The translations under genes were made by a program, and so were the position numbers. A model generated the notes under the pieces. It had not been told where the DNA came from. It saw only the letters and a program-made list of their open reading frames with translations, and ran no database searches. This document shows positions 1-10,093 of a stretch of 38,274 nucleotides of DNA, one piece after another. Location: the NCBI RefSeq assembly GCF_000281045.1, contig NW_008246119.1, forward strand, positions 192,135 through 230,408. The letters are read 5' to 3'. The stretch is from Saprolegnia diclina VS20. Its lineage: Eukaryota. Position 1 is the stretch's first letter. Each line of letters starts with the position of its first letter.

Positions 1-450
1 CACCGACTGCTTGGTCCAGTCGACGGTGCTAACGACGATGCCGCTGACAGCGCTGCGATTCAAAGCGGCGGCCGGCGGGAGAGGTATCGATGGTGACACC
101 GGCGATGACGACGACGACACGAACTGAGCAAACTCGTTGTCCGTGAGCAGCGCAAACTTGGTCAAGTGGCTAAAGGTGGCGTGTGGGTTGGCCGCCTGCA
201 GAGCGGGAAGCCGGTCCTTGGCCGCCTTCAAGCGCCGGAGGAGATCGTCGGTCGTCAAGGTTCCTCGCACCAGCTTCATGGCCGCGCGCACGTGGTCGTC
301 GTGGCCAAACTTTTGTTGCCAGAGCGTCAAGTCATGCGAGAGCTTATGGCGCTCGTCGGCCGAGATGTGGAGCGCACCGATGGTCGTTGCGCTCGAGAGA
401 AAGAGGGCGCCGATGGCGGCCATCGAGAGAAGCACCCAGTCAAAGTACAT
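1..450 (-). CDS. Papain-family (C1A) cysteine protease-like protein, 5' part (signal peptide, prodomain, start of mature domain); runs off the window edge
   Basis: Open frame from ATG at 450: MYFDWVLLSMAAIGALFLSSA (signal peptide), then ANPHATFSHLTKFALLTDNEF (prodomain end) and STVDWTKQ (mature domain start). Highly similar to the neighbouring copy at 2478-2681. Confidence 0.85.
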   Translation of the reverse strand, partial: MYFDWVLLSMAAIGALFLSSATTIGALHISADERHKLSHDLTLWQQKFGHDDHVRAAMKLVRGTLTTDDLLRRLKAAKDRLPALQAANPHATFSHLTKFALLTDNEFAQFVSSSSSPVSPSIPLPPAAALNRSAVSGIVVSTVDWTKQSV

Positions 451-1638
451 TGCACGCCGCCCGGCGAAACGTGATCTTCTGCGGTTGAAGTACAAAGCTG
501 CTGACCGGTGGTGCGTCACGCGCCGGAAAACAATCTGGCGCGGCCCATCAATGCTTCAACATCAAGAACGATGAAGTACCTTGGTCGAGGAAGGATACGC
601 TCGATGTGGAGGTTGCTGCGTGAGGAGGGCTGCTGTCGCATGGCCTTTTGCCAAGCGTTGGTGCGTCGACGCCTGAGGAATGCTCACGGACTATGGGATG
701 ACGATAGAGAGCATCGTGCTGCGCTCTTGCAAGAGCCCGTCGTTGGCGTTGGTCGCTCGGCCTGTCCAGTCTGTGATGGTGCCACCTGCAAAAGCCTAAT
801 TGAAGCGTACGTTTCGGTCCGAAAATCCTTCGTTTGGCCTGGTTCAGGTTGAATTTGCCAATGCAGTACACACACTATATACATTTCTTGATATCGTGTG
901 ATGTAAAAGGGGTATATGGTGTTACACGACAAATTCACGCTATCACGAGCGGTTTTACCGTAAATATACGCCAGCTCGTACGAACTCATTCAAAATTATG
1001 CGGAAACACGTGGTATTATGCGGATTTCTACGCGCCATGCAGAAATCAAGCCACTGGACTCGGTGTCAGGCGTGTTCCGCTTGCAAGTACATGAGGAACA
1101 CCGACTTTTGCAAACGCAGCAATGGTAGAATTTACGGTCAATTTGGAAATTAAGACCGTACTTATACAGGATCAAATTCTTTAGTATTGGCTCTGTTCTA
1201 CTTTGTTTTCAAAGTTGACATCACAAATGACTTTGATGATCGTATGTGACCACGTCCGTTGACTCGGGATGTCGGCCAGAAGCTCGAATTGAGTTTTGAG
1301 TTGCTGGCTCTTGATGAACGTCCACCGTTGCTATTCCAAGACGGTGTGAGCGGACGCTGGTGTTATGAGAAGTCCTTTGTTCATTTTCTTTCATTTTTCT
1401 ATATTTTCACACGAGCTCTCTCCACCTCTAAATACTCGATGACCCCTTGCGTCCCACGAAGCTCCAACCTGTTGTCGCTGCCTTGCTAAAACATTCGACG
1501 AACCTAGGTCATCAATAGTCTCAACACTTCACTTGGTCTCCAACACTGGACGACTAAACTACAACGTCCTACGTGGCACGCTCCCGTGGCTGCGACGTCG
1601 GTCGAGGCAGTTGGCGCACGCATATGCCGGGTCGATGA

Positions 1639-2681
1639 CTACGGTTGGTCGGGGAGCGTCGCCTTACTGGCACCCACTGGCGGAAGCATCGAGTAGGCGA
1701 GGTACATGGCGAGCTTGCACGTGCCTTCGTCGTTGCTATCGCTGCGCCCGAGCCGAATGTCGCCGCGCTCGCCCCAGTTGGTGCCCCACGCATTGCGCAG
1801 CTTGAAGAAAGGGAGGGTATTGAGGTTGTAGCCAGCGTCATGGATGCCGTAGCCGACGACGAGCATGGCTTGGTCGACGTACTGCGTCGGCGGACACCAC
1901 GTGACGATACCGCCCCCGTACGACTTCCACACGCTGTTGAGCGTCGTGACGTACGCAACGACGGGCTGCAACTCGAGCTGTTTCGCGAGCGCGTCTTCGC
2001 CGCGCATGGTCACGATGGGACCGGCCTGGAGCGAAATCGTCCCGGCGCACTTGGCGTTGTCGCTGCAAAACGCAGCCGACCCCGTCACGCCCGACGTGTA
2101 CGGGATCGCCGACTCGCTGCACAAGGCGCTCGGTTGCGACACGAGCCACCGCATCGCATGCTGCGCAAAGCCAGCGCCTTTGCAGCCGTCCGTGCCGCTC
2201 GGGTACGAGCAGCTCAAGACCTGTTGCGCCGAGAGGTTGATGGCGTCGCCCGTCGTGAGGCAGTGCGTGGACGAGACGGCCGCCGCCGCCACGATCGCCC
2301 AGTTGCTACCGCAGTTGCCTTTGAACTTGACGGGCGGCACGCAAATCGACCTCGTAGTCCAGTCGACCGAGTAGGCGTCCATGGCGCCGCCAACAGCTGC
2401 ACTGCGATTTGAGCGGTGGGTCGATGCCGGTGCAGCAGGCAATGGCGGGACGACCGACGCCGATGCAGAGCCCGACACGAACCGCGCAAACTCGTTGTCC
2501 GTGAGCAGTGCAAACTTGGTCAAGTGGCTAAAGGTGGCATACGGGTTGGCCGCACGAAGCGCCGGCAGCTGGTCCTTGGTCACCTTCAAGCGCCGGAGGA
2601 GGTCGTCGGTCGTCAAGACTCCTCGCACCAGCTTCATGGCCGCGCGCAAATGGTCGTCATCACCAAACTTCTGTTGCCAGA
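1639..2681 (-). pseudogene. Papain-family (C1A) paralogue, 5'-truncated and with substituted catalytic residues (pseudo-protease or pseudogene)
   Basis: C1A motifs VDW, GNCGSNWA, LSAQQVLSC, GCKG, YGGGI, DQAMLVVGYG and KLRNAWGTNWGERG are present. Homology to copy 1 stops at about 2681, with an in-frame TGA at 2701-2703 upstream and no signal peptide. Confidence 0.75.
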
Positions 2682-3696
2682 ATAACGAGTTTGGATAGCT
2701 TCAAGTTACTGGACATACCGTTCTCGAGGTATTCGAAGCCCATCGTCTAAAATAACGTCGCGGATTTCGGATTCGAGCTGTTCTATCCACAACATGAAGC
2801 ACAAGCCGCATCAAGGAGCCAAATGACGGAGCAATAGCCCAACGATCGGGTACGACGCCACCGCGAAAGAGGCTCATGCATGATAACTAGCGAGTGCAAG
2901 GTACCTGGAAGCTTCTTGATCCACGCACAGTCGCAGCAACGATTTGCGCAACTACGGCAACCACAATGTACGATTCCTACTTTGGTATCGACGACGCGCT
3001 GAACATCGTTGGCATCTTTGACGACCATGGTTCGTACGGTGAGCTCTACTCGTCCAACGAAACTAGTATCGTACACGCAGGTCCCAGCGTACCTCCGCAA
3101 AAGTCCGAGTTTGACGCTCCACGTGCGCTCTCGGGTGCCTTTTTGCGGGCCCACCTGCACGTAGCGGCCTTTGTTTCCTCTGTTCGAGAAAGCACGCGTC
3201 GGCAATGTGCTGTAGCTCGTCGACGCCATGCCCATCAACGTTTTACCCACTGTCGTTTGGTTGGGAAAAGACACCAGGTGATCTAGTCGTTGGTTGCGTC
3301 GTCCGCACTCCTTCCACTAGACAGACGTCTCGGTGTCAGATTTGTCGAGAATTGCCGCGTTGTGATCAGGTGCAAGTCCCGGAAGCATTCGTCGAGCTCT
3401 TCTGTCTTGACCACATCCCTTGAGAGCTGGTGTGTGCTAAACCCAGCCAACGACTGAGAAGAGCCGACCAATCACGCCGCTGTAGCGGTACCGTACTGTC
3501 CTCGACCGGAGCCCGACCAAGAAGGATGCACCGTCCATATTGTCTTGTGTGTCGTCGACGCATGCATGGGTTGGTGGTTCCTACGAGGGTTAGGGTTTCT
3601 CTCGAGCCAGGCCAGCGCGTAAAGGGTGGAGGTGCCTTTGTACGGCCACCGGCAAAGAAAATCAACAGTAGGCACTGCGAACGTTAGGATTCTAGT

Positions 3697-3771
3697 GGCA
3701 TCTAGTAGTCTAGTTGTTAAGGCGCTGGTGTAAAACCCAGTTGGTGCTGGGTTCGATCCCCGGTGGTGCCA
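3697..3771 (+). pseudogene. Degenerate tRNA-like sequence (tRNA pseudogene or SINE head)
   Basis: Acceptor-like stem GGCATC/GGTGCC-A; D arm GTCT-AGTTGTTA-AGGC (A-box-like); anticodon arm CTGG...CCAG with a malformed loop; T arm CTGGG-TTCGATC-CCCGG (B box). Confidence 0.65.
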
Positions 3772-3785
3772 CGACTTTCCGATTC

Positions 3786-3841
3786 TACGCGGGTGTGGTT
3801 CAAAAGACATTGCATCTATTTGGACCATATGCACCCGCGTA
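3786..3841. repeat. Long inverted repeat/hairpin just downstream of the tRNA-like element
   Basis: TACGCGGGTG (3786-3795) pairs with CACCCGCGTA (3832-3841). Inner TGGTTCAAA (3796-3804) pairs with TTTGGACCA (3819-3827) with one G-U pair. Confidence 0.75.
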
Positions 3842-5236
3842 TAATGTCTGGCGCATGGCGCAAGGGTCCTCGAACCCAAGCAAAATGCCCGTGGAAAGAT
3901 CTTTTTCTCTTATTCACTCTTGCCAGCGACACCTACCTGCAGCTAGGATGCACCGAGTAGACCTGCTCATAGATGTTGATGCTGTACATATAGCTAGTGG
4001 CACATAGGTACGTCGCGCCACGGGTTGAGCGGCGCAACGGCCAGGCGCGGCGCGTTGACCTTGCGTTGCAGCTGCTGCACTTGGCCGCAATACGCTCACC
4101 TTGTCGGTCACGGCAAAGTTGCCACTCGACAACCGTATCAATCCATCGACTTGATACAATGCAATGTGTCGATTTGGATCACCGAGTTGGCGTGACGAGG
4201 CACGTGTATTTGCACCGACGTGAGCCGGATGGTCGGTGGCGCTTGCAGGGACGACGTCATCCTTGTGCCCACTCTGAAGGATGTTGATACAGACGTACAA
4301 GCGCAGAGACTGGTTGCTCTTTCTCGACTGAATACGGTTTGCAACGGAAAGCTTTGGCTCGTCATTCGGCCAGTCTTCCCAATGCAGAGAGAGTGCGACC
4401 ATTGCTCGCGTGACGCCAAGCACGAGGGCCACTCTTGCGCTGAAACGTGGAGGCTGATCCGACAGAGCGCTGCACACAACCCTGCCTGGGACTGGACAGT
4501 AGTCGTTCGTCTGACGGTGCTCCCCTTCCTACGACGCAGAAGGTACTTGACGAATGCTCATCGTTGCAGCATCGATAGCAAGCGCTGCCGAGCTAACTTT
4601 GGACGAGCGCCACGAGCACCGTTTGTCGATAGCGATCGTACCTGCGCAGTTGCGCTGACAATCCGGCAACGAGGTACTCCCTACAAACGCGAGCTCAACC
4701 GACAGGCGAAAGGAACGCATTTCGATTCCACGCTGCGAGCAGCACGTTCCGGATCTCACGACTCTTTGGAGCAATTGCCACATCCAGTTGTTGAACTTGC
4801 ATATCTTTGCGGCGGCAGTCGCCATCCCAGGGGCAATAATTCCCAGGGGCTGCTTCGTGCAGCAGTATCCTCCATGCAGCCTCGTGCATAACGAGCGCCG
4901 ACGGCTGCGGCGGCTCGTGTGAGACACGCACTGGCGCATGCTCCGGCCCTTTCGGTTCAGCGCGTCGCTCATCGCGATGTCGCACGCCCATGCAAGGCCT
5001 GGCCACGGCGCTGTGATCGAGTAGCCTCTTGACGCCATTCTGCACCGCCGTTGCCTTGCTCTGCGGCTGGCTGCGCCACAGCTGCCGAGATGCCAGCATG
5101 ATTGTGCTAGGCCGTTCGATGGTACTCGTTTAGGAGAATTCCAACAAGATATTCCTTCAAAACAAGGTTTATAATACGGTTACGAGGGAGTAGTCCGGGA
5201 AATATCACTTGCGCTTGCATCTATCAACGGCGCGGG

Positions 5237-5298
5237 CCAATCACCGCGACCAAGGAATTCAGCGGATGCACTTCCGCATAGCAGTCATTTGCCAATTC
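5237..5298 (+). promoter_or_regulatory. CCAAT box plus oomycete-type Inr+FPR core promoter of the lipase-fusion gene
   Basis: CCAAT at 5237-5241. TCATTTGCCAATTC at 5285-5298 fits the Phytophthora consensus TCATTYBNNNWTTY, just upstream of ATG 5306. Confidence 0.55.
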
Positions 5299-5305
5299 GC
5301 CGACG

Positions 5306-8275
5306 ATGGCCAAGCACTTGGTCCTGCTAGCGGCGCTGGCGCTCGTCGCCTCGGTGGCAGCGATCGATGCGACCGACGACTCGATGAACACGTGCACGGG
5401 CGGCGGCGCCTTTGGCATGTTCCGCCGCCAGCCCGGCTGCGCGATCAACAACTGCCAGTGCTTTCCCGTGCTCTTCCAATGCGACGCGACGCTCGGCGAC
5501 GGCATTGGCCAGTGCGTCCTCTCGAGTACGACTCCGTTCTGATATGTACCTACGTCGAGGAGCGCTCATACGATATGCCATGCATAGACTCGGGCTGGGC
5601 GTTTATGATTGCAGTGCTCCTCATCAACCTCATCGTGCCGGGCGTGACGCTCCTCAAGCACGCGTACGAGGACGGCAAGGTCACCAAGCAGCAGCGCGCC
5701 AACAAGCACAACATCCACAACGTGGCGCACGGCGAGACGCAGCTCTCGCTGCAGGACGACGTCGCGCCCGCCGATGGCATCATCCCCAACAGCGAGCTCT
5801 ACATCAGCCTCAAGAAGTTTGGCAAGAGCGTCCCCGACACCGCGTACGGTCTCGACACGACCGCCAAGATCTTCATGGAGACCATGTCCAAAGGTATCCT
5901 CCTCGTCGTCGCTTCGATTCTCACATGGTCATACAGGTTGGATCCAGTATGTGTTCTACTCGCTCATTGCTGCGTTCGCGTTTTGCCTCCTCCTGCTCTG
6001 GGTGCCCTTCGAGATGGCGCAGACCAACGTCGTGCTGCACCCGACGGCCGTCGTTTCCGTCAACAGCTCGTCGTACGACCTGCACACGGCCGTCAACACG
6101 AACCTGCCGACCGCGATTCGGTTCGTATCGCTTGAAGGCGACTTTTGCGCGTCGTCGGCCAACTTGCTCGCGCCCAACGGCCTCAGCACGCTCCACGTGG
6201 CCTACGACATGGCGTTCAGCGTCGATGAGAATGCCATTTTGCAGTCGTTTGACGGCGCCAAGTCGCTCGGCTGCACCTGTGTCAACGGCGTCTGCGCGCT
6301 CGTGCCGTCGCAGTCGTCGACGATCGACGGTCTCCTCCCGCTCGTGTACTTTCCATGGTACCAAGACATCTCCAAGCCGTTTGCGCTAGAGAATAAGAAC
6401 CACTCGTTCGAGCTCAACGCGACGTTCACGATCTCGGCGCCGGGCCGGCCGCAGTCGACAGCGTTGCAGCCGATCCCGACCTTGTCGCTTGTCGCGCACC
6501 ACTCGTACGTCGAGAAGATCACGGACGCTGTCGACTTTGTCGTTTGGGTCCTCGACTTTGCGTTCTTCGGCCTCTGGTTCTACCTCAACCGAGCGGCCAA
6601 GCAGCCCAAGGATTCGCACAACATCCCCGAGCGCAAGGTCGTCATCTTCATCCTCTTCACCAATATCCTCAGCTCGGTCCCGATCTTCTACCTCTCCAAC
6701 TGGTTCAACATCCACGCGACGAACCAAACCATCTACCTCTTCTCGCACGTCTGGACGTCGTCGGCGACCGGGCTCTGGCTCCTCGGGCTCCTCTTTGCGA
6801 TCGACATGCAGCGCAAGCGCGTCTTCACGTTCCGCTTCGTCTGCGTCAAAGTGTCGGTCGGGCTCTTCGGCCTCATCACGTACATTGTCTCGTTCTACTT
6901 GGCGCCCGTGTACATTTCGTCGATCGTCGACTTTTTACTCGCGATGCTCGCGGCCGCCGTCTTTCGCGGTGTCATGGTCAACGTCCGCAACCAGCTGCGC
7001 AACCAGAGCTACATCCGGACGCGGCCGGAGCAGCTCACGGCGCGCCTCCTCTACTACATTGGCATGGCCGTCACCTACATCTTTATCGCGGTGGCGATCG
7101 TCGCGGACCCGGTGCCCCGCGTCTCGACGTTCATCTCGCGGTATGCACTCATGACGGACCTCTCGATGCAGATCATGCTGCGCACGTGCACGTGGGTCAT
7201 CCTCCTCGTCTTCCTGCCGCCCACGTACGTCAACCCGGCCAAGGCGGTGTACTATGGCCGTGAACGCTCGTCGTTGCCGCACTTGACCAACGGCGCGATG
7301 CGCGATTTCGAACTTGCGCACCTCAAGCAAGCGGTGGCCGCGCAGTCCAAGACCTTTGTCGGGCAGTCGTACGGCGGGAGCGATGTGAACGCGTGGAAGG
7401 CGCCGCATGCGTTCTGCATCGAGACTGGCGTCCGCATGTACAACATGGCGACGGCCGTCTACGAGCCGTTGGACCTCGACGTGTTTGCGCAAGACGAGCT
7501 GAGCTTGGTGACCGAGCTCTACGACGCCGGCACCGACACGTACGGCTACGTGCTCCGCGGCCACCAGCGCATCGTGGTCGTCTTCCGCGGTACGGCGAGC
7601 GCCAAGAACGCAGTGACCGACGTCAAGTACAACCTCGTCGCGACCGACTTTGCTGCGCACAACCAGCCCGAGCTCGAAAAGATCCGCGTGCACACAGGCT
7701 TCTGGACCGCGTACAACACGGTGCGCGCCGACCTCCAGCGCGCGGTGAGCGAGACGCTGAAAGAGATGGGCCGCGACGTCCAGCTCTACTTTACGGGCCA
7801 CTCGCTCGGCGGTGCGCTCGCGACGCTTGCGTCGTTTGATGTTGCGTACACGACCAACTTGGACGTCGTCATGTACAACTTTGGCTCACCCCGCGTCGGC
7901 AACCACGCGTTTGCCAAGGTGTATAACAAGCTCGTGCCCAATGCGTATCGCATCGTCAACGACGGCGACGCGGTCGTCGGCAACCCCAAGCGCGTCTTGC
8001 ACGCCTATTGCTCGCGCAATTTGCGCTACAAGCACGTGGGCACCGTCATCTTGCTCTCGTCGCGCGCGTCCGGCGTGTTTGTGCTCGACCCGAACATTGT
8101 CGAGATGGCGTTCATCGCCAAGCTGCGCAACAACGGCCTCTCGCACCTCATGTCGAGTTACCAGGTCATGCTCAACAAGGGCGTTGACTGGATCAACCGC
8201 GAAGAACTCCAGAAGCTCGCCAAGGAGGCCAAGCTCGGCGCCGACTCGGAGCGCACGCCGCTCATGTACGCCTAG
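5306..8275 (+). CDS. Multi-pass membrane protein (signal peptide, 6-Cys ectodomain, TMEM181/Wntless-like membrane domain) fused to a class-3 lipase
   Basis: Three ORFs join in frame through GT-AG introns 5526-5587 and 5894-5936. About 9 TM segments. Lipase motifs VVVFRGT, VHTGF, FTGHSLGGALA (Ser), YNFGSPRVGN, RIVNDGDAV (Asp) and SHLMSSY (His). Confidence 0.85.
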
Positions 8276-8543
8276 TCGATTCTCTAGACGGGATAAGAAC
8301 TCGGATGTTGCAAACTTGATGGTGTTGATACAATGGCTTTGCCGATGTCGTCGCCACGAGGTGGCCCTTTGGAGAGGCACGTCGGTCTCGGCTTGCTTGC
8401 CTTGGCTGGTGTGCGTCGAGTCGACTGTACTACCGGTACCAAGGCCAAAGCTTGTGGCTTTGGTGCTACGTTGCTGGTCCGCTTCATCACTTGATGTAGC
8501 CGAAAGACGTTTCGGATACGATCGCCATTGGTGTCGAAGTTGC

Positions 8544-9799
8544 ATGGAGCGGCGAGGCATTGACGAGCTCGAGCAAGACACGGCGGGCGCCGAGGACCTG
8601 AGTCCCGACGAGATCACGGCGCTCCTGTTTCCTGTCGCGTGGCAAAGCTACCATCGATTTGCGGTCGCGTACTCGAAGCTAGCGCTGCGCGGCTGGGTCA
8701 AGCAGCCGTCGCCGTCGTGCGCAGCCGCGTCATTAGGTACTCCTGTGACGAGTCACCCGTTGAGTGGCATTGCGTAGCGGGCGCTTTGAACACGTTGCAC
8801 GAATACGGTCGCGACCACCCGGCAGCCTTCTCCACGCGCCATGTCCTCGATGTCTACTGCCATCTCTTCCGCGACAAGATCAACCGGCAACGCGCGCAGC
8901 TCGAGACGCTGCTGGCGCACAGCCTCGCGTCGCTCGAAGCGGCCGTGGAGCAGTCGTTGGCGGCCGAGGGTCTCCGGCTCGGCGTACTTCCTCCCAATCG
9001 CAAAAATAAGTCGACCTTGAGCGTTGTCATGGGCTAGGGAGTCGGAGACGCCAAAGTCTCCAAGAAAAGTCGTCGACGACACGTTGCAGCGTGCGTGGCG
9101 CACCTTGCGTCGGACGAAACCAGTGTATTCCGGGCCCTTACAAGCGCAGTCGTTGCAGTCGAGGATGCTGCTGCGACGCCAGACGACGCTGGCGACGACG
9201 ACGCCGTTGCGACCGAGCTCTCACTGGGAAGCGACCGATGGCGGCCGGCGCTCGATACCTATTTCCATCGCCTCGACGGCCTCGCCAAGCTCGAGCGCGA
9301 CGACAAGCCGAGCACCGCGATCTGTGGCAACCACACGCTCCTGGAAGCTGCCAACTACATCTTCAGCACGTCACCACCAGCCTCCGCGAGCCGGCTGGCG
9401 ACGCTGAAAGGACGCCATTTCATGGGCAAGTCGCTTCGAGGCGTCCAGGTCGAGTGTGTTGCGAGCGCAAGCGACAACAACACCGGGCGTCTTGAGGTGC
9501 TTTGGCGCGCGCTCTGGGCGGCGTTCACCGACGACAACACAGGTACCCACAGCTGCACGATTCGTCGAAGACACAATTAGAGACTAGTGCTTCTCTTCCA
9601 CTTGACCAACCACTATGCCCTCCTCTTTGCGCTGCGCGAGTGGGTCGACGAGACAAGCGGCCACGTGCGGCAGGTGCTCACGGCGCGAAAGGGCCAGCGA
9701 CCCACCGCCTGGATCGACTTTGACGACGTCCACCGCATGCTTTGCGGCTGGGGCGGCTACCGCATCCTTGCATTTCAACGAACGACGACGAGAGTCTAG
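8544..9799 (+). CDS. Uncharacterised BIVM/peptidase C39-like papain-fold protein
   Basis: Exons join in frame through introns 8737-8777, 8984-9037 and 9543-9587. Motifs [25 protein letters not shown] and [18 protein letters not shown]...[12 protein letters not shown]. Confidence 0.7.
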
Positions 9800-10093
9800 T
9801 TAGTACAAGTCTAGTCGAATGATCAAATGTGCCATCTTTTCCACCTCAACGAGATACACTGTTTGGCCGTGGACCTATATCGTAGCAGCCTGAACCCAAG
9901 AGCGGCAGCAACCGATGCGCTCACTGCCGGGCTCATCCCAGACAATACCGACCGCTACGACACCGCTCGCACCACGGATCCTCGCAGTGAGCAGTGGCTG
10001 GTTCACTTGCCCGAGCGCGCCAGCTTTGAGTCGGAGCTTTTGGCTAGAAAAGCTGTTACAATGACAACTTGTGTTCAGATGCTTCGTGTTGAC

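Noticed and set aside
3586..3598. GGGTTAGGGTTT telomere-like motif
   Set aside because: Fewer than two full repeats; expected by chance.
4529..5099. Possible decayed Cys/His 'HGG' zinc-finger repeat gene on the minus strand
   Set aside because: Only scattered fragments (LCTRLHGG, ICKFNN); no coherent repeat or frame can be supported by eye.
5306..5542. Stand-alone 78-aa small cysteine-rich secreted effector
   Set aside because: A GT-AG intron (5526-5587) joins it in frame to the downstream membrane/lipase exons, so it is better read as exon 1.
9919..9992. 9-bp inverted repeat GCTCACTGC/GCAGTGAGC between convergent genes
   Set aside because: Short, with no TSD and no convincing extended structure.
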